A DNA stretch of 64,000 bases, taken from Candidatus Latescibacterota bacterium (GTDB lineage: Bacteria > Latescibacterota > CBDEFO01). The notes under the pieces are model-generated. The model was not told the DNA's origin, searched no databases, and saw only the letters and a list, made by a program, of their open reading frames with translations. The position numbers and the translations under genes are program-made. Where the stretch lies: the NCBI GenBank assembly GCA_965237525.1, contig CBDEFO010000006.1, positions 64,001 through 128,000 on the forward strand. The letters are read 5' to 3'. Shown piece after piece: positions 59,908 to 64,000 of this stretch; the stretch's first letter is position 1; each line of letters starts with the position of its first letter.

Positions 59908-61116
59908 ATGAATGACTCACCACAGCAGCCCTTTCAGGACTTCATTGCCATTCGAGACCCGCGCAAGCTAACAGCAGAAAAGCTGCAAGCCGAACGGGTT
60001 CCGGTAGGCCAAAAGCTTGAATACAAGCCCAACATCGCACACTTGGGTGGAAATGAGTTGCTGCTATTGTGCTACCTGTGCGATGCGGCACCGCCAGCAG
60101 TGTATCCCACCTACCTGTATCGTTCGCACGACGGCGGTCGGACCTGGGAGGGAGGGCGTAACACTACCGGCCTGCCGGACGGGGGCGAGCCCTATTTGTC
60201 TCAAATGCGAGACGGCACGCTGTTGGTAACGGGAGGCCCGTGGGGGTACCGTTCGGAGGACGATGGACACACGTGGTCGGAATACCAGTTGCCTCCGGAA
60301 TTTGCCACCAGGGTGAGAGGGAACAACTCGCGAAATATAGTGCAGTTGGAAGACGGTTCGTTGCTGCAGATCGTGGATATACCTAAAGACGATCCGCCTT
60401 CTCACCATCCTCAATACGGGGACGAATACGTAGCCCGGAGCTACGATGGGGGTCGGACGTGGCCGGACTGCTACACGATGGAAGTAGAAGGGGTACCGGA
60501 AGGCTATCCCTATTCTATCTTCTCCGAAGTGGTGCTGTGGCAGGCGCGTTCCGGAAAAATATACGGCATAGCCAGGCTTGATCATCAGTTCTATCCCCTT
60601 CCCGGGCGGGTGTTCACCCCCCAGGAGCTCGGAAACGTGGCCATAACCCTGCTACACTACGGGCAGCACCCTGTGCAGGATATTGCCGATACGGACTTTG
60701 ACCAGTTCAGCCGAATGAAAGCCTGGACTTCCACCGACGAAGGCCACACGTGGCAGCTCGGTCCGGACCTGGGCGACCACGGCCAGATGTTTCATTCCAT
60801 TCTGCGGTTGAGGGATGGGCGGCTGCTGTTTACTTATACTCAGCGCTCGATCGATCCACCCCTTGGTGTTCGTGCAGTGCTCGGCCTTGAAACCGAAGAC
60901 GGCTTTGAATTTGATTTCGAGCACGACATCTTCATGATTGACACCAGAACACCCATCGGCCGCTGCTCGGGTGGAGGTTTCGGCAACACCGTCGAGCTGG
61001 ATGACGGGACTCTTGTAACCAGCTATTCCTATTGGCGACCTGACGCCTGGCCACTGAACCGGCCGCATCCGGAGAAACTCTTCAATTGTGAAGTGGTTCG
61101 TTGGCGTTTGCCGTAA
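59908..61116 (+). CDS. BNR/Asp-box (sialidase-like) beta-propeller, paralog 2
   Basis: Tandem duplicate of 58532-59734 with four Asp boxes. Confidence 0.85.
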   Translation: MNDSPQQPFQDFIAIRDPRKLTAEKLQAERVPVGQKLEYKPNIAHLGGNELLLLCYLCDAAPPAVYPTYLYRSHDGGRTWEGGRNTTGLPDGGEPYLSQMRDGTLLVTGGPWGYRSEDDGHTWSEYQLPPEFATRVRGNNSRNIVQLEDGSLLQIVDIPKDDPPSHHPQYGDEYVARSYDGGRTWPDCYTMEVEGVPEGYPYSIFSEVVLWQARSGKIYGIARLDHQFYPLPGRVFTPQELGNVAITLLHYGQHPVQDIADTDFDQFSRMKAWTSTDEGHTWQLGPDLGDHGQMFHSILRLRDGRLLFTYTQRSIDPPLGVRAVLGLETEDGFEFDFEHDIFMIDTRTPIGRCSGGGFGNTVELDDGTLVTSYSYWRPDAWPLNRPHPEKLFNCEVVRWRLP

Positions 61117-61457
61117 GAGGAAGCCGATATGCTGCACAACAGCTGGTTCTGTTGGTGGAGGTATATCTCACCATGACTTGTGGGGATCATGCGTTGCCAG
61201 ACCGCCGTTACGCCAAAGCATCCGCGGGCCTCGTGGAGAGGGCGGATTCGGCAACAAAATTCAACAATAGCGCGAGTTTTTAAATGGATCTATGACCTGA
61301 GAGAAGGTGAACCTTTCTATGACTGGTGAAAATCTCTACTGTAAAGTAGACAGGTGACGATTTTCTACCCCGGGAAATTCGATTGTGAGTGTGATATAAG
61401 TTTATTGACCTAATTTTCAAGTCTGAAAGGTATCGATATGGAATGGCATTGTCTTAG

Positions 61458-62976
61458 AAGCCTTGTGAAAAACCCTTAGATTCAGAAAATAGTATAAAAC
61501 AAGCACTGATAAAGCAGCTCCGATGTATTATATTATGTTATTGATAATATTATACATGGAGGAAACAATGACCCCACAAAAGCAGGAACAGACAAATCCG
61601 ATGTTTCACTATTTTCAGATGGAGGATTTAGTTCCCGAGGATCATATCCTTCGTCAGATTGATGAGGCAGTTGATTTTTCATTTGTACGAGACGTTGTAT
61701 CAGATTGTTATTGCCCTGACAATGGCAGACCCGGTATTGATCCTGAATTAGTTGTTCGAATGATCCTTATTGGCTATCTGTATAATTTGAGTGAGAATCG
61801 GCTCTGTCAGGAAGTGGGGACGCATGCGGCATATCGGTTGTTTTGTCATCAGACATTTGATGATGCGGTTCCGGATAGGAGCACGATCAACAAGCTTCGC
61901 AATCACAAGTGGGCATCCAGTGGGTTGTTTGAACGGATAATGCGTCAGGTAGTCCAGTGTTGCATAGATGTCGGTCTTGTGAGCGGTAAACACCTTAGTG
62001 TCGACGGCACTCAGATACAAGCTGATGCTTCAGTGAAAAGTATTGAGCCGATAGAACCCCCTGTTTCTCTTGATGATTATCTCAAGGGAATCGGTTTTGA
62101 AGGTGATAAGACAAAGGGTAGGTCCGGGCATCCTCAGGATAAAGACTTTCATGGTGAAAAGTGGACGAACCAAACACACCGTTCGACTACAGACCCCGAC
62201 GCGCGCTTATACAGCAAATCGAAGGGCAAAGGGGCTTTTCTCTCGTTTATGGGCCATGATCTGATCGACACAAAAAGCAGAGTAATCCTTGAGACTCAGG
62301 GCACGCAGGCGACAGGGACAGCAGAGCCCGAAAGTGCCCTTAAGATGGTAGATGACCTTGAAACATACACCATGCCCAAAGACATTCAGACACTTAGTGC
62401 CGATACCGGTTACGGTTCTGGTAATTTTATCGCTGATGTACTTGACCGGGGAATCATACCCCATATTCCTCTGCGAGCCGATGAGAGGATTGAACCGATT
62501 CCTACATGGAAAAACAAGACAAATCCAGCACATATTCAGGCCGAACGGGATAGAAAAGTGCGAGAGGCGAAAGCCAGAAATCATGCACGGTCTATCTCAT
62601 TAACAGCTGACTACAAACTCTCCCGGAGACTCCGTAAACGCAGTGAACATATCTTTGCTGAAGCCAGGCAACAACACGGTATGGGACGAGCCCGTTATAG
62701 AGGACCAGCCTCACTGAATGAACAGTTGAATCTTGTTGCAACAGTACAGAATCTCAAGAGGCTTGTATCTTTCATAAGAAGGGGGAAAGCGTCTATGTGT
62801 GCCCTGCCTGTCAAAGACAGTGCATCCTGTTCTTCAAACAGCTCCTGTTCCTTGCTGACCAGAACTCTGATAAGACTATTTTGCTTATTCCACAGCAAAA
62901 CGATACGATATGCTACTCTTTGACCCATAATCGGCGCTTCAGACGCTGCCTGGGACATAACTATTTCACAAGGCTT
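61458..62976 (+). mobile_element. IS1182/IS5-like insertion sequence, copy 2 (1519 bp)
   Basis: Same inverted repeats as copy 1; TTAG direct repeats at 61454-61457 and 62977-62980. Confidence 0.92.
61568..62923 (+). CDS. IS1182-family DDE transposase
   Basis: Nearly identical to 25999-27354, with a few amino-acid substitutions. Confidence 0.92.
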   Translation: MTPQKQEQTNPMFHYFQMEDLVPEDHILRQIDEAVDFSFVRDVVSDCYCPDNGRPGIDPELVVRMILIGYLYNLSENRLCQEVGTHAAYRLFCHQTFDDAVPDRSTINKLRNHKWASSGLFERIMRQVVQCCIDVGLVSGKHLSVDGTQIQADASVKSIEPIEPPVSLDDYLKGIGFEGDKTKGRSGHPQDKDFHGEKWTNQTHRSTTDPDARLYSKSKGKGAFLSFMGHDLIDTKSRVILETQGTQATGTAEPESALKMVDDLETYTMPKDIQTLSADTGYGSGNFIADVLDRGIIPHIPLRADERIEPIPTWKNKTNPAHIQAERDRKVREAKARNHARSISLTADYKLSRRLRKRSEHIFAEARQQHGMGRARYRGPASLNEQLNLVATVQNLKRLVSFIRRGKASMCALPVKDSASCSSNSSCSLLTRTLIRLFCLFHSKTIRYATL

Positions 62977-62993
62977 TTAGTGTAATAAGTATT

Positions 62994-64000
62994 ATGTTTT
63001 GCCTTGCGGCCATTTTGCCTCATGCTGGTTGTGGGGCAAAGTCTGCGGCAGAGGGAGAAACCGAGATGCTCAAGATCACCGTCGGCGAGCCGACGTTACT
63101 GGATCCACTTGCGTATTTTAATTCCGCGAGCGTGGCTGTCTCCCGGACCGGGGTCGTAGCGGCTTTCTATCCATGGGCGCAGCGTCACAGAACGTCCACG
63201 GACGGCGGGGTCACCTGGGGGCCGGAGATGGATTCTCCTCCCCAGCTGGGCGGCGGCAGCAGCAGCGGAACCCTGCGCGATGGAGGCGTGATCAAGTATC
63301 TGACCACGGGTGACGAAACCATAGGCGAAGCGGAGGAACACGTAAGCCTGATGGTGGGAGAATATAAAGAAGGCTGGTTCATGCTGCACTCGACGTTTGC
63401 CTGGTTCAGCGACGACTTTACGCAATATGAAGTCGCCCCGGTTCAGGTCTACATGCCCGACGCCGTCACCACCAAGCAGATCCATCTGGCCATGTCCTCC
63501 TGGCCGATCTTCGAGAGGGGCAATATTCTCCATCTGGACAATGGCGATCTGCTAGCGCCCATGTACGGTGTGTTCAAAGGCGACACCAAGAGTCGTGTGG
63601 TGCTTTCGGTCTCCAGCGATCGCGGCCACAAGTGGCGTTACTACGCGACGGTTGCGACCGGAGCGAGGGACCCGAACCCTGAGCTGCCGGGACAATACCT
63701 CGGCTACGGCGAGCCGAGCATCGAGCTGCTGCCTAACGGACAGATGATCTGTGTCATGCGCACGCAGTACTCGCACCTGCCCGGCGAATACCGGCCGATG
63801 TCCGTGTCGTGGTCAAATGATCGCGGCAGGACCTGGACCAGGCCGATACCCACCAAGCCGCACCTGATGAACATCGCTCCGAAGCTGATCGTTCTGGAGA
63901 ACGGCGTCGTCGCCCTCGAGTATGGCCGGCCGGGCTTCCATGTCGCTTTCAGTATCGACAACGGGCATACCTGGCAGGACCGCGTCAGCTTGTCCCATCT
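62994..64000 (+). CDS. BNR/sialidase-like exported protein; original start (61438) separated by the IS; runs off the window end
   Basis: Open frame with STDGGVTW, SSDRGHKW, SNDRGRTW, SIDNGHTW; possible lipobox HAGC. Absent from the ORF track because no stop falls in the window. Confidence 0.8.
   Translation, partial: MFCLAAILPHAGCGAKSAAEGETEMLKITVGEPTLLDPLAYFNSASVAVSRTGVVAAFYPWAQRHRTSTDGGVTWGPEMDSPPQLGGGSSSGTLRDGGVIKYLTTGDETIGEAEEHVSLMVGEYKEGWFMLHSTFAWFSDDFTQYEVAPVQVYMPDAVTTKQIHLAMSSWPIFERGNILHLDNGDLLAPMYGVFKGDTKSRVVLSVSSDRGHKWRYYATVATGARDPNPELPGQYLGYGEPSIELLPNGQMICVMRTQYSHLPGEYRPMSVSWSNDRGRTWTRPIPTKPHLMNIAPKLIVLENGVVALEYGRPGFHVAFSIDNGHTWQDRVSLSH

Noticed and set aside
58532..61116. Diversity-generating retroelement template/variable repeat pair
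   Set aside because: Both copies are complete genes, the differences include indels and are not adenine-specific, and no reverse transcriptase is present.
25889..62976. Composite transposon bounded by the two IS copies
   Set aside because: Each copy has its own target duplication, and the enclosed DNA includes core genes.

Overview
Bacterial chromosomal window with housekeeping clusters separated by decaying accessory DNA. The C-terminal 'TWGKIK' and paired EF-hand/dockerin-like tails suggest a Latescibacterota/Poribacteria-like FCB-group organism (inference only). Core content: tRNA-Gly(CCC); DUF512 radical SAM-der-(TlpA)-plsY-gpsA-merR-proS; pgm, rsmD-coaD-NYN; yggS-yggT-divIVA-yggU-punA-ileS-dksA-lspA-rluD. 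Accessory content: a BglII/BstYI-type R-M pair; an SPFH gene and a hicBA toxin-antitoxin pair followed by a 58-bp integron attC with no integrase in the window; a GAF sigma54 activator divergent from a consensus sigma54 promoter and a secreted double-CHRD gene; TPR, HD-GYP and FG-GAP genes; two 1519-bp IS1182-like copies, each interrupting a gene; an unclassified DDE IS with 21-bp inverted repeats; and a catabolic island with tandem BNR/sialidase-like paralogs. Most notable: a 21-bp palindrome family and GTAG-type REPs that nest inside other repeats and enter coding sequences; the orphan attC cassette; the sigma54-CHRD module; an IleRS with GVHH/EMHKS signature motifs; a 6S-like structured RNA candidate upstream of the tRNA; and a duplicated ~180-bp promoter block. 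All calls were made by eye, with no database searches.
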